From Alphaproteobacteria bacterium (GTDB taxonomy: Bacteria > Pseudomonadota > Alphaproteobacteria > Rs-D84), in assembly GCA_017427715.1 (NCBI GenBank), contig JAFRSF010000026.1, forward strand, positions 6-64,005: DNA of 64,000 nt, written 5' to 3'. How positions within the stretch are numbered: position 1 is the stretch's first letter; each line of letters opens with the position of its first letter. Both the position numbers and the translations under genes were made by a program. The notes under the pieces were generated by a model that was given only the letters and a program-made list of their open reading frames with translations, was not told the DNA's origin and did no database searches. Below, piece by piece: positions 29,097 to 37,625 of this stretch.

Positions 29097-29714
29097 TTAA
29101 CCACGGTTAGACACTTGTTTGTTGTTATTGGCCAAATATTTATAAATACAAGACACACTGACTTTAAGCTTTTTGGCGATCTTCGTTTTTGGAATCTTAT
29201 TATTTAGCATTTTCTTGATGTTTTCCGCCTGTCCATCCAGTTTGTGGCTTTTGTTTTTGCTGCCTTTTTCTCGACCTAGCTTTTGTCCGGATGCACGACG
29301 TACTGCCAATGCCTCTTTGGTTCGTTGGCTTATCAAATCACGTTCTATTTCTGCGGACAGACCAAATGCGAATGCCAGCACTTTGCTTTGGATATTGTCG
29401 CCTAGTACGTATCCATCTTTGACTGTATAAACGCAGGCACCGATCCGCATACAGTGTTCCAGTATTCTCATTACCATAAATAATTTACGGCCTAGTCGGG
29501 ATAATTCCGAGCAAATAATAACATCGCCTGGTTTTAGTTTTTTAAGGCAGCCACCCAGCGCACGCTTTTCTGGTTCCTTGGTTCCAGATATGCCTGCATC
29601 TTCGATGTACTTGTCTATTTTTAGACCCAAAGATGCCGCTTTCTGTTCTATACCAAGTTTCTGATTTTCGCAGTCTTGGTGGTCTGTGCTAACACGAATG
29701 TAGCCATATATCAT
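29097..29714 (-). CDS. Small serine recombinase (resolvase/invertase family) with C-terminal HTH
   Basis: The N-terminus reads MIYGYIRVSTDHQ with the catalytic Ser, followed by SRLGR and a C-terminal HTH (KIAKKLKVSVSCIYKYL). A strong AAGGAG Shine-Dalgarno precedes the start. Confidence 0.85.
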   Translation of the reverse strand: MIYGYIRVSTDHQDCENQKLGIEQKAASLGLKIDKYIEDAGISGTKEPEKRALGGCLKKLKPGDVIICSELSRLGRKLFMVMRILEHCMRIGACVYTVKDGYVLGDNIQSKVLAFAFGLSAEIERDLISQRTKEALAVRRASGQKLGREKGSKNKSHKLDGQAENIKKMLNNKIPKTKIAKKLKVSVSCIYKYLANNNKQVSNRG

Positions 29715-29751
29715 GTTTTACTCCTTGTTTTGGTTGTTTATTATTATGTGG

Positions 29752-29779
29752 TTGAAAATTCTGATGTTTGGTGTATAAT
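29752..29779 (+). promoter_or_regulatory. Sigma70-like promoter (TTGAAA-N16-TATAAT)
   Basis: Read directly from the sequence. It faces the structured region and the PLD gene. Confidence 0.5.
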
Positions 29780-29785
29780 GCCCTT

Positions 29786-29973
29786 ATGAGCAATGCGTTT
29801 GCTCATGACAAATTTGGGGCGAGTTAGGACTGATCATCCATACACCCCGACCGCTTATTTGTCCCGACTATGGTCGGGATGTCGTTGCTATAAAACAGGC
29901 TTCGGCTGAAGGCAACGGGGTTCAGTGTATGAATTGATCAAATCCCGACCACCTTAAACAAGTGGTCTTTTTT
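29786..29973 (+). ncRNA. Structured ~190-nt RNA (leader or sRNA) ending in an intrinsic terminator that abuts the PLD start codon
   Basis: Four elements were paired by hand. (a) Hairpin 29786-29806. (b) Long-range helix 29829-29845 with 29925-29940, enclosing TCCCGAC-tatg-GTCGGGA. (c) GTTGC...GCAAC containing a GC-UUCG-GC tetraloop. (d) Terminator GACCAC-N9-GTGGTC-T6 at 29947-29973. Confidence 0.45.
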
Positions 29974-30501
29974 ATGGCAAAAACAGTCGGGACATTTTTT
30001 CTGTGTTTATTAACTATGACATTGGTCGCGTGTGGTTCCGCTGACCAAAACCCAGTCCAAGAAAATACCGCAGGAAACAAAGCGTTTTTTACGCCTGGCA
30101 CTGATTGCGAAACGCATATCATTGCGGCCATAAAAAGGGCCGCCCGTATTGATGTCGCGGTCTATTCTATTACCCATCCGGATATCACTGATGCCATTAT
30201 TGATGCACATAATCGTGGCGCAAATATTCGTATCGTAACCGACAGGATGATGGCAAAAAACAAAGGTTCATTGGTTGGAAAAATTCGGAATGCTGGTATT
30301 CCTGTATTAACGAATAAAAAACATAAAATCGAACATAATAAGTTCGCTGTATTTGATGATGTGCATGTTGTTTCCGGATCTTATAACTGGACCACAAATG
30401 CCAGCAAATATAACAGTGAAAACTGTGTATTCTTTGACCAGCAAAACAAAGAATATTCCCACAGATTTGAATACCTGTGGGATTTGTATAATGCCAAATA
30501 A
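29974..30501 (+). CDS. PLD-superfamily endonuclease (Nuc-like), predicted lipoprotein
   Basis: HKD motif HNKFAVFDD...GSYNWT, and a signal peptide with lipobox LVAC. I chose the ATG at 29974. Confidence 0.75.
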   Translation: MAKTVGTFFLCLLTMTLVACGSADQNPVQENTAGNKAFFTPGTDCETHIIAAIKRAARIDVAVYSITHPDITDAIIDAHNRGANIRIVTDRMMAKNKGSLVGKIRNAGIPVLTNKKHKIEHNKFAVFDDVHVVSGSYNWTTNASKYNSENCVFFDQQNKEYSHRFEYLWDLYNAK

Positions 30502-30735
30502 TTATTTGCACAATTCTTCATATGCGATGTTATTTTGATCTATCTGCTGAATTGTTTCGGCAGTATCGTTCTCATAATCCGCATATACCGGCCTGTATAA
30601 AAAACAGAAATCATTTGCGGCGGTATTTATCGTGCAGCTTGCGAACATCATCAGTATTATCAACAATGCGATTCCTAGCTTTATTAACCCTTTGTATGTT
30701 CGCCAAAAGTGTATTATTTTGATGTGCTTTTTCAT
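30502..30735 (-). CDS. Outer-membrane spanin (Rz1-like lipoprotein), overlapping the i-spanin gene
   Basis: It has a lipobox FASC, overlaps 30611..30826 in another frame, and sits at the end of the lysis cassette. Confidence 0.5.
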   Translation of the reverse strand: MKKHIKIIHFWRTYKGLIKLGIALLIILMMFASCTINTAANDFCFLYRPVYADYENDTAETIQQIDQNNIAYEELCK

Positions 30736-30826
30736 TTTCTTTACCCCTTTTTATGCCTAAAAAATAAGCCAGCGCAACTGCACCGGCCGCTATTGCTAAT
30801 GCGTATTGTTTCAATTTGCTTAACAT
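30611..30826 (-). CDS. Inner-membrane spanin (Rz-like)
   Basis: An N-terminal TM segment (ALAIAAGAVALAYFLGI) is followed by a charged periplasmic tail. Confidence 0.5.
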   Translation of the reverse strand: MLSKLKQYALAIAAGAVALAYFLGIKRGKENEKAHQNNTLLANIQRVNKARNRIVDNTDDVRKLHDKYRRK

Positions 30827-31227
30827 TGTATTGCTGCCTCTATTTCTTCGGTTGTATATGGTTGTTTGCCATTTTCATGTTTTATGATTGCTTTTATCAA
30901 TTTGACCAGCACTTCGGTGCTTTCTAAATTCAATTGCAAATGCGGATCGTATCCAGTGCTTGCGGCTACGGATTTGATGTATGCATCGGTCTGATTTTCT
31001 GTTGCTGGTGCAAACCTTTTGATAATTCCATTGATGGTTCTGATCCCATAATATCGATTGTAATTGCGCAACAATTTCCCCAGCGCACGTATTCCATATC
31101 TTGGTTCTGTGAATATGCAAAAAACGCCATCGCTTGGCGGTATTGATAAACCCATCCAATTGATGCCATTGTATTTTATATTTCCGGGGTTATTGTTCCG
31201 GATTCCTCTTGGTTCTGTGTTCATCAT
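30820..31227 (-). CDS. Putative endolysin (peptidoglycan hydrolase, RNNNPGNI-motif family)
   Basis: It carries the GIRNNNPGNIKY motif and lies between holin-like and spanin genes. Confidence 0.5.
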   Translation of the reverse strand: MMNTEPRGIRNNNPGNIKYNGINWMGLSIPPSDGVFCIFTEPRYGIRALGKLLRNYNRYYGIRTINGIIKRFAPATENQTDAYIKSVAASTGYDPHLQLNLESTEVLVKLIKAIIKHENGKQPYTTEEIEAAIQC

Positions 31228-31427
31228 TTATCCTTTTCAAATATGCTTGCTATGTTTTCGCCCAATGCTGCCGCAACAAATACCGCAACAACATCCACGC
31301 TGTAATGGCAAAATGCCAGAACAACCGCCGTTATTCCGAACACTGCGCATGCGTATCTTTTGGCGGATGGATATCCGGCCCGATCGCTGAACAGGTCGTA
31401 TAAATATTTCAAAATGCGTTTAATCAT
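31224..31427 (-). CDS. Small membrane protein, holin candidate
   Basis: A 67-aa ORF with hydrophobic segments, located in the lysis cassette. Confidence 0.45.
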   Translation of the reverse strand: MIKRILKYLYDLFSDRAGYPSAKRYACAVFGITAVVLAFCHYSVDVVAVFVAAALGENIASIFEKDK

Positions 31428-31665
31428 TTTTGATTCCTTTTAATAAAATTTTCATGTCGCCTTTGATTTCGTATAAACTGTCTTTGATGGATTTCAGATC
31501 CGCCTCTAATGTATCGGTCCGTCTTTCCAACTGTAATAATCTGGTGTCTATTGCCGCACTATGTGATTCAACCCGGACAATGAATCCGATCAATGCTGCG
31601 GCCAAACAATAAAGTAATGAACTGTCCAATTTTACCTTGAATCCATCTTTTGTTTCCTTGCTCAT
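31420..31665 (-). CDS. Small membrane/coiled-coil protein (holin or antiholin candidate)
   Basis: An 81-aa ORF with one TM segment (LLYCLAAALIGFIV). Confidence 0.4.
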   Translation of the reverse strand: MSKETKDGFKVKLDSSLLYCLAAALIGFIVRVESHSAAIDTRLLQLERRTDTLEADLKSIKDSLYEIKGDMKILLKGIKND

Positions 31666-32636
31666 AATGCCCTCCGTACATTTTCAATTGTTGTCTTGTA
31701 TCCCGATGTATTCATCGTGTGCTTTGCTGATATCACAATCCATTGGCCGCACGCATCTGATCGAATCCCATGAACATTCACAATGCTTTCCGCTGTTAAT
31801 GCCGGATTGCCAACCAGATCTAATGTCAAACTCTCGGTTCCGGCCATGATCTCGGTCAATTTCTGTTTTGCCCGGTATGCTGCCAGATCTTCGGTTGTAT
31901 AAATATCTCGCAAAGTAAAAACCGGGGACCCAGCCCCGGCAGACACCTGTTTCTCTTCCGCCATGTCAAAATCATAATATTTTGCAATGACCTGGCCGTA
32001 TTTTCCCCTTTCTGTGATCTTGTAATGATATCCGCTGATATCTTTCCCAATGCTTATTGTTGGCATTGATCTGCCATCTGGAAATTGTCCGGATAATGGC
32101 GATATGAACATCAATTTTCCACCGGCAATCTTTACACTGGCATTGTAATCACTGGCCAACCGCTGTATAAATGCGCAATCGCTTTCTTCGGTCTGATCCA
32201 GATGCGTTACCATCAATTCTTTGTAACTTTCGGCTACTGCTGCAGAAAGGCCATATTTGCCAGCGATCGTTTCTATGATCTCGCCCAGTGGCTTTTTATC
32301 CCATGAATATGTTTGCGGTGCTTTGAATGCTGCAATATTGTCCAGCATTGAATTGCTGGCTCTGGCGGTTATGATCATCGTCTGTGGTGGGCTTTTCAAT
32401 TCGATTTCATCAACGATAAATCTGCCCATTTCATAAAGTTCATCATATCCCATAAAAACAACCAATTCTGCACCCCGGGGCGGTACTGCCAACATGCCAT
32501 CCCGGTCATCCAATTGCATTGTTAAACTATCCGAAACAATTCCTATTTCATCGGTTATTTCTAATGATAACAAGCGGCCATTTATTGTTTTTGTTATGTC
32601 CGATTTATTCGCAATGATTCTGTATTTCGGTTGCAT
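31662..32636 (-). CDS. Tail protein D (P2 gpD-like late control/tail protein)
   Basis: YRIIANKSDIT...LLSLEITDE...LTMQLDD fits gpD, and it follows the X and U genes. I chose the ATG at 32636. Confidence 0.75.
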   Translation of the reverse strand: MQPKYRIIANKSDITKTINGRLLSLEITDEIGIVSDSLTMQLDDRDGMLAVPPRGAELVVFMGYDELYEMGRFIVDEIELKSPPQTMIITARASNSMLDNIAAFKAPQTYSWDKKPLGEIIETIAGKYGLSAAVAESYKELMVTHLDQTEESDCAFIQRLASDYNASVKIAGGKLMFISPLSGQFPDGRSMPTISIGKDISGYHYKITERGKYGQVIAKYYDFDMAEEKQVSAGAGSPVFTLRDIYTTEDLAAYRAKQKLTEIMAGTESLTLDLVGNPALTAESIVNVHGIRSDACGQWIVISAKHTMNTSGYKTTIENVRRAL

Positions 32637-32637
32637 T

Positions 32638-32838
32638 CTATTGCCATAATTTGATTTTCTTTGTATCTTCTGGTTCTTCAATTGTTGGCAGTGTTATCTT
32701 GATTCCGCCCGGCAACACCGCATCTTGTTTTGCCAGATGTCTATTTGCCTGCAAAACTTGTTCAACAACATTCGTTTTGCCGTAATATTTCCAGCAAATG
32801 TAATCCAATGTTTCGCCGTCTTTGGTTGTGTATATCAT
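32638..32838 (-). CDS. Tail protein X (P2 gpX-like, LysM-like)
   Basis: MIYTTKDGETLDYICWKYYG at the N-terminus; 66 aa. Confidence 0.75.
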   Translation of the reverse strand: MIYTTKDGETLDYICWKYYGKTNVVEQVLQANRHLAKQDAVLPGGIKITLPTIEEPEDTKKIKLWQ

Positions 32839-33257
32839 CGCATGCCGCCTTTACGATTGTCTTCGCCATATCGCTTTAATTTCAAATTGAATGTCACTTT
32901 GCGTGGCGATCCATTGCTCATAAATGTTGTTTGGGTTTCGCTGATTGAAACTATGCACCATCTGCCAAACGCTGCGCCATTTCCGCTGACCAGCATCAAT
33001 GGTTCGCCTTGGGATGCTTGTGATCGCATGCTTTCAACCTGGGACACACCGCCCCGGAAGTGCGGATAAATCGTTCCCTCCAGGGTTATGGTGTCTGTGC
33101 CGTTATCAACAAATTGCATTGCTGCATCTTTGCCGAGCCGTCTTTGTTCTTCCCAATGATATTCTGTGGAACGCGTGAATGTTTGATATGCTGCACTGTT
33201 GATGCAAAACCTATATTCGCCCAGCATCATCATTGTGCTTGAATTAAAATTGGTCAT
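32835..33257 (-). CDS. Tail protein U (P2 gpU-like)
   Basis: It matches the family pattern (MMLGEYRF...TLEGTIYP) and lies after the tape measure. Confidence 0.7.
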   Translation of the reverse strand: MTNFNSSTMMMLGEYRFCINSAAYQTFTRSTEYHWEEQRRLGKDAAMQFVDNGTDTITLEGTIYPHFRGGVSQVESMRSQASQGEPLMLVSGNGAAFGRWCIVSISETQTTFMSNGSPRKVTFNLKLKRYGEDNRKGGMR

Positions 33258-35502
33258 AATTCACACCTCGCATTCTTCGTTGCGCCGCTTGTTCTCGTGC
33301 ATTTAATTCTGCTGAAACTTGCTGCGCTATTTGTTCCGCTGTTGCACCCTCGGATGCATTTATTGTTATCGGTGCATTTACAGATACATTGGTTTGACTT
33401 GATGAATTGTTGATCGCTGTTTTTGGGATTTCTTTCACATTGGATATATCTGTATCCTCTATGATCGTCTGCCCAATTTCTGGCGGTTTGGATTCTTCGG
33501 TATTGCTGCCGAATGCCCAATTCCATGCCTTGCCAACCCAACTATCTTTGATCCATTCCTTGATGCCGCTGAATATGTCTTTGGCTTTTTCCCAAAGGTT
33601 TGTGATCCAATTCCATACATTCTTGAAAACCTCGACCACTGGTTCAAATATCCGCTTAAAAAATGCCGATATCGGTTTCCAATATTTGATTATCAATGCG
33701 GCCCCAACTGCAATCCCGGTTATTATCAATCCAATTGGATTGCTGACAATCGCTGTGCCAACTGATCTGATGATTGGTATCAATCCACCAAATCCCAGTT
33801 TCAACAATGAAAATGCCGTTCTCAATCTGGTAAAAACGCCAACGATGCTTAAAATACCGCCCTTGATAAATGTGAATCCATATCCCAGCGCAAATGTTGC
33901 CAATTTGAATGACATCATCCCGGTTACTGCCAGGCCAATGTATTTGATCAATGTTGGATGCTTTTCTGCAAATTCTGCCAAACTGGATGCTGCCTTGCCG
34001 AATATTCCAACCACGCTGTTAATGGTCGGCAGCAATGTTGCCCCAATATTCGTTGCCAGAACTGACATCTGGTTTTTCAACAACTGCAAACTGTTTGCGG
34101 TGGTTGCCGATCTCATTTCAAATTCTTGCTGCATACTGTTTGTGTATGCTGCCTCATCTGAAACCATCGCCAGATTTGTTTTCAAAGAATCCAATCCATC
34201 AATCAATGCATTCACTTTTTGGCTGACTTTTTCGCCAAATATTTCTTTCAATGCTTGTGAACGTTTGATTGTGGATAATCCTTTGATGCTTTCCAATACC
34301 GACAATAATGCCTCTTTGCCTCTGCCGGATTCAACCATGTTTGTGTATTCCTGCATGGAAATGCCCAACATGTTGAATGCATCGCGTGCCGCCCCGGTTG
34401 CCACTGGCAATAATTTCAAACGGGATGTCATCATGTTTATTGATGATGCCGCTTGTTCCGGTGCGATCCCCAATGCTATGAATGAACTTGCCAATGCAGA
34501 CAAATCGCTATGGGTCATCCCGAAAGATTTCGCCATTGCCCCGGCTTTGATGCTGACCGTCAATAAATCTTGTGCGGTTGCCGCGGTGTTATTGGAAAGA
34601 TGATTTATAACATCGCCAACCTTGGTCATTTCTTCGATTGGCACTTGCAAAACATTTGATAATTTTGCCATTGATTGGCTGGCCTCATCGGCTGTTATAT
34701 CAAATGCGATCGACATCTTGGATGCGATCTCTGCAAATTGTGCCAGCTTTTCCCTTGGCACGCCTAATTGGCCACCGGTTGCGATCATCTGGGTCAATCC
34801 ATCAACTGCTATCGGAATCCTCTTCGACAGCTGTTTGATGTCGTGTTCCATCTCTTTGATCTGCTGCGGTGTGTCAAAATTAACAACTTTCTTCACATCC
34901 GCCATCGCACTTTCAAATGCGATTGCCGGTTTGACCAATCCATAAAGCGATGTTCCCAGCGCAACAACATCCATCATTTGGGATCGATACATGGAACGCT
35001 TGGACAGGTTCGCCTGTCTTTTGTTCTCGATCGCCGTCAATGCGGTTTGTCTTTTGCGAAGAATTTCCATCGCTTGGCCCAGGCGGTTTTGTTCCTGGGT
35101 CAAATTCTTTGTATCCACACCGGCTGTTTTCAATGATGTGGACATTTCTTTCAAGGCAGCTTTGTTCTGCTCATATGCAGATTTTGCAATTGCTGCCTCT
35201 TTTTTTGCATTGCGGAAACTGTTGTTTAATTCCTTGCTTGGCTTTTCAGTATTCTTGATTTCCTTGGCCAATCGTTTGACCTCGGCCTCGGCTGCGTTCC
35301 ATTCCTGCTTGGCCGATATCGTGCTTTGGCGCAGATCCTTAAACGCATTCACATTTTCTGATGTGGTGTTTAATTGTTTAATGCTGCGCCCCAGGGTGTC
35401 CAATTGCTTTTTGCTGGATGTAAATGCACCCTTGAAAGTTCCGCCCAGTTCCGCGCCGATAACAACTGAAACTGCTGTTTGAACACCCATGTTATTCCCC
35501 AT
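33244..35502 (-). CDS. Tail tape measure protein
   Basis: A 752-aa protein that is alpha-helical and Ala/Gly-rich with TM-like segments, located after the E/E' genes. Confidence 0.85.
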   Translation of the reverse strand: MGNNMGVQTAVSVVIGAELGGTFKGAFTSSKKQLDTLGRSIKQLNTTSENVNAFKDLRQSTISAKQEWNAAEAEVKRLAKEIKNTEKPSKELNNSFRNAKKEAAIAKSAYEQNKAALKEMSTSLKTAGVDTKNLTQEQNRLGQAMEILRKRQTALTAIENKRQANLSKRSMYRSQMMDVVALGTSLYGLVKPAIAFESAMADVKKVVNFDTPQQIKEMEHDIKQLSKRIPIAVDGLTQMIATGGQLGVPREKLAQFAEIASKMSIAFDITADEASQSMAKLSNVLQVPIEEMTKVGDVINHLSNNTAATAQDLLTVSIKAGAMAKSFGMTHSDLSALASSFIALGIAPEQAASSINMMTSRLKLLPVATGAARDAFNMLGISMQEYTNMVESGRGKEALLSVLESIKGLSTIKRSQALKEIFGEKVSQKVNALIDGLDSLKTNLAMVSDEAAYTNSMQQEFEMRSATTANSLQLLKNQMSVLATNIGATLLPTINSVVGIFGKAASSLAEFAEKHPTLIKYIGLAVTGMMSFKLATFALGYGFTFIKGGILSIVGVFTRLRTAFSLLKLGFGGLIPIIRSVGTAIVSNPIGLIITGIAVGAALIIKYWKPISAFFKRIFEPVVEVFKNVWNWITNLWEKAKDIFSGIKEWIKDSWVGKAWNWAFGSNTEESKPPEIGQTIIEDTDISNVKEIPKTAINNSSSQTNVSVNAPITINASEGATAEQIAQQVSAELNAREQAAQRRMRGVNYDQF

Positions 35503-35874
35503 TTATTTCTTTCTGAATGGCAACCGCTGAACGGTGCCATTCATAGAAATCCTCTTCGGTCATTTCCAAAATTTCGGATAATGGCCAATGTGTTATTTTT
35601 GAAAGCACGATTATTTCTCGTCTGATATCGCCGCAGGTCCGAAAAAACCCATATATACCTTTTGAATCTTGGTGTAATCGGTTTCATCCAATTCCTTGAT
35701 TACGGTTGGCGATACTTCGCATAAATTTGCAAAAAGATTGATCTCTTTTTCTTCATCCGTTGTCTTCATGACAGAAACTGCCAATCGGTCTTTGACTTTG
35801 CTGCGCCGCATCGTCAATTCCGTATATGTCATTTCATCAATCTTGACCGGGTATTGTAATTTTATTTTTTCCAT
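35492..35874 (-). CDS. Tail assembly chaperone E+E' produced by programmed -1 frameshift
   Basis: The slippery heptamer T_TTT_TTC is at 35641-35647 (minus strand). The -1 frame stays open through ...HWPLSEILEMTEEDFYEWH... to a TAA at 35492, which overlaps the tape measure start. Confidence 0.65.
35611..35874 (-). CDS. Tail assembly chaperone E (P2 gpE-like)
   Basis: It lies between the tube and tape measure genes and contains the slippery site near its 3' end. Confidence 0.7.
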   Translation of the reverse strand: MEKIKLQYPVKIDEMTYTELTMRRSKVKDRLAVSVMKTTDEEKEINLFANLCEVSPTVIKELDETDYTKIQKVYMGFFGPAAISDEK

Positions 35875-35875
35875 C

Positions 35876-36373
35876 TTATACCCCCAATGCTGAACGGATG
35901 TCGCTTAAAACATCTTTGCCGTTTATATTGCGGACCATGTTGTCCACATCGATTTCAATGACCTTTGTGCCACCGATATCCAATGAATAATATCGGCATG
36001 CTACGGTGCATTTTAATGTTGCCAAATCGCCAGCTTTGAAATTGCCCATATCGACTTCGGTAAACATGCCGCGCAAACTGATTGTCATTGGTGTGGTTGT
36101 CTTGTCATCAACCAATGCACCGCGCAATGTGACTTGGACATTGTTGCCGGATATCAATCCGAATTGCTTTAATACATCCGGATCATATTCAACAATCGAA
36201 AAACTGCCCTCTAATTTTTCCATGCCCATATCAACCGCCGCAGGCACATCCATTCCGCCGCCGCGGAATTCTTCTGTCTTGATGGTCAATTTCGGTGGTG
36301 TTACTTCTTCTGCCTTGCCAGCATATCCGCGGCCATCGACAAACAAACTAAAATTTTTCAATATTTTTGCCAT
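35876..36373 (-). CDS. Major tail tube protein (P2 FII-like)
   Basis: MAKILKNFSLFVDGRGYAGK...FRGGGMD. Confidence 0.8.
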   Translation of the reverse strand: MAKILKNFSLFVDGRGYAGKAEEVTPPKLTIKTEEFRGGGMDVPAAVDMGMEKLEGSFSIVEYDPDVLKQFGLISGNNVQVTLRGALVDDKTTTPMTISLRGMFTEVDMGNFKAGDLATLKCTVACRYYSLDIGGTKVIEIDVDNMVRNINGKDVLSDIRSALGV

Positions 36374-36387
36374 ATTTTCCCCCTTTG

Positions 36388-37596
36388 TTATTCAAAGATT
36401 TCTTCCAAATAGTCATTTGTTAAACGGCTACGGAATGTGATATGTTCTGCCGGGAACGATGGTGTGAAATCGAAATCAAATGTGATATTCCCCAGCTGGA
36501 TGTTTTCTGGTGTATTCAAATTCTTATCGGCCCAGCATGTGCCATTTATGATCGCGCCGATATTCTTCAAATAACGCAGATAATTGTTCACGCTTTCGCA
36601 TACATCTTCGGTGTATGTGCGATTAACATTTCTGTCTATTGCCCACAATTGTGCTGCCAGCAAACTATCATTGATCATGTCGGCTGTGCGGCGGACAGAT
36701 AAGAATTGCCATTTGGTATCTGTTGCCGCAGTGCGGTTGCCCCATAATCTGAATCCGTCTTGTTGAATAACCGTTGCCACTTTATGTTCATTCAAATAAT
36801 TGGCCACGCATTGGCTGTCGCCCAATGTAAAATCAACCGGCTTGGATAATCCAATGATGCCTTTGATTTCTTGATTGGATGGGGACCACCAAAATCCGCG
36901 ATCATTATCCGATTTTGCAATCAACCCGGCAACGCGTGCGGATAATGGTTCTTCAACAACATCTTCGCCTTTTTGAACCTTTGCCCATGGATAAACTGAA
37001 TACAAACGCGCTGATGTAAATGCGGATTGGTATGTTGTCGCTTGTTCTCTTGTGCCATTCGGGCAATCTGCAACAACCGTTGCACGCAAACGATCTGCAA
37101 CCGCCAATAATGCTGTTACAACTGCATTGGCCGCATTATTTGCCCCTGGTTGATGTGTGAATCCCGGTGCAATCAATATGCGCGGCTGCACGCTGCATTC
37201 GCTTTGCGCTGCCAATAAACATTGAATTCCGGTATATGATCCATCAACTTGCACGCCACCGATGATGTCGGTTGCGGTTATTGCATCTGGATCTAATTCA
37301 TCATCTTCGCCCAGGTGGCTTTCATTATCTGGGTCGGCAACATTGACCACAACCACAACTGCGCCAGTTTGTTCAAGGATGCCTTTCAATGCTGTTGGTA
37401 TTGTGAATCCATCGGTTTCTTCGCCGAATGTATCTATTGCCTCGATCAAATTTCCAGTGATCACTGTTGGTTTGTTCACTGGGCCTTTGGGTGCTGTTCC
37501 AACCAATCCGATAACGGATGATGCAACAGTGCTGACCGGATGTGCGCTGCCATCCAATTCAATGACTTCGATGCCATGTAAAAATCTGTCTGTCAT
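36388..37596 (-). CDS. Contractile tail sheath protein (P2 FI-like)
   Basis: MTDRFLHGIEVIELD at the N-terminus. I chose the start at 37596, which has a Shine-Dalgarno and avoids overlap with the upstream gene. Confidence 0.8.
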   Translation of the reverse strand: MTDRFLHGIEVIELDGSAHPVSTVASSVIGLVGTAPKGPVNKPTVITGNLIEAIDTFGEETDGFTIPTALKGILEQTGAVVVVVNVADPDNESHLGEDDELDPDAITATDIIGGVQVDGSYTGIQCLLAAQSECSVQPRILIAPGFTHQPGANNAANAVVTALLAVADRLRATVVADCPNGTREQATTYQSAFTSARLYSVYPWAKVQKGEDVVEEPLSARVAGLIAKSDNDRGFWWSPSNQEIKGIIGLSKPVDFTLGDSQCVANYLNEHKVATVIQQDGFRLWGNRTAATDTKWQFLSVRRTADMINDSLLAAQLWAIDRNVNRTYTEDVCESVNNYLRYLKNIGAIINGTCWADKNLNTPENIQLGNITFDFDFTPSFPAEHITFRSRLTNDYLEEIFE

Positions 37597-37625
37597 GTTT
37601 TTTCCTTTTTGTTTTTGGGTTGTTG

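Noticed and set aside
33407-34603. A 398-aa plus-strand ORF, plus several 60-160-aa ORFs, opposite the tape measure gene
   Set aside because: They are antisense shadows of a long, compositionally biased phage gene. They have no Shine-Dalgarno or motif support, and the minus-strand product is clearly the tape measure.
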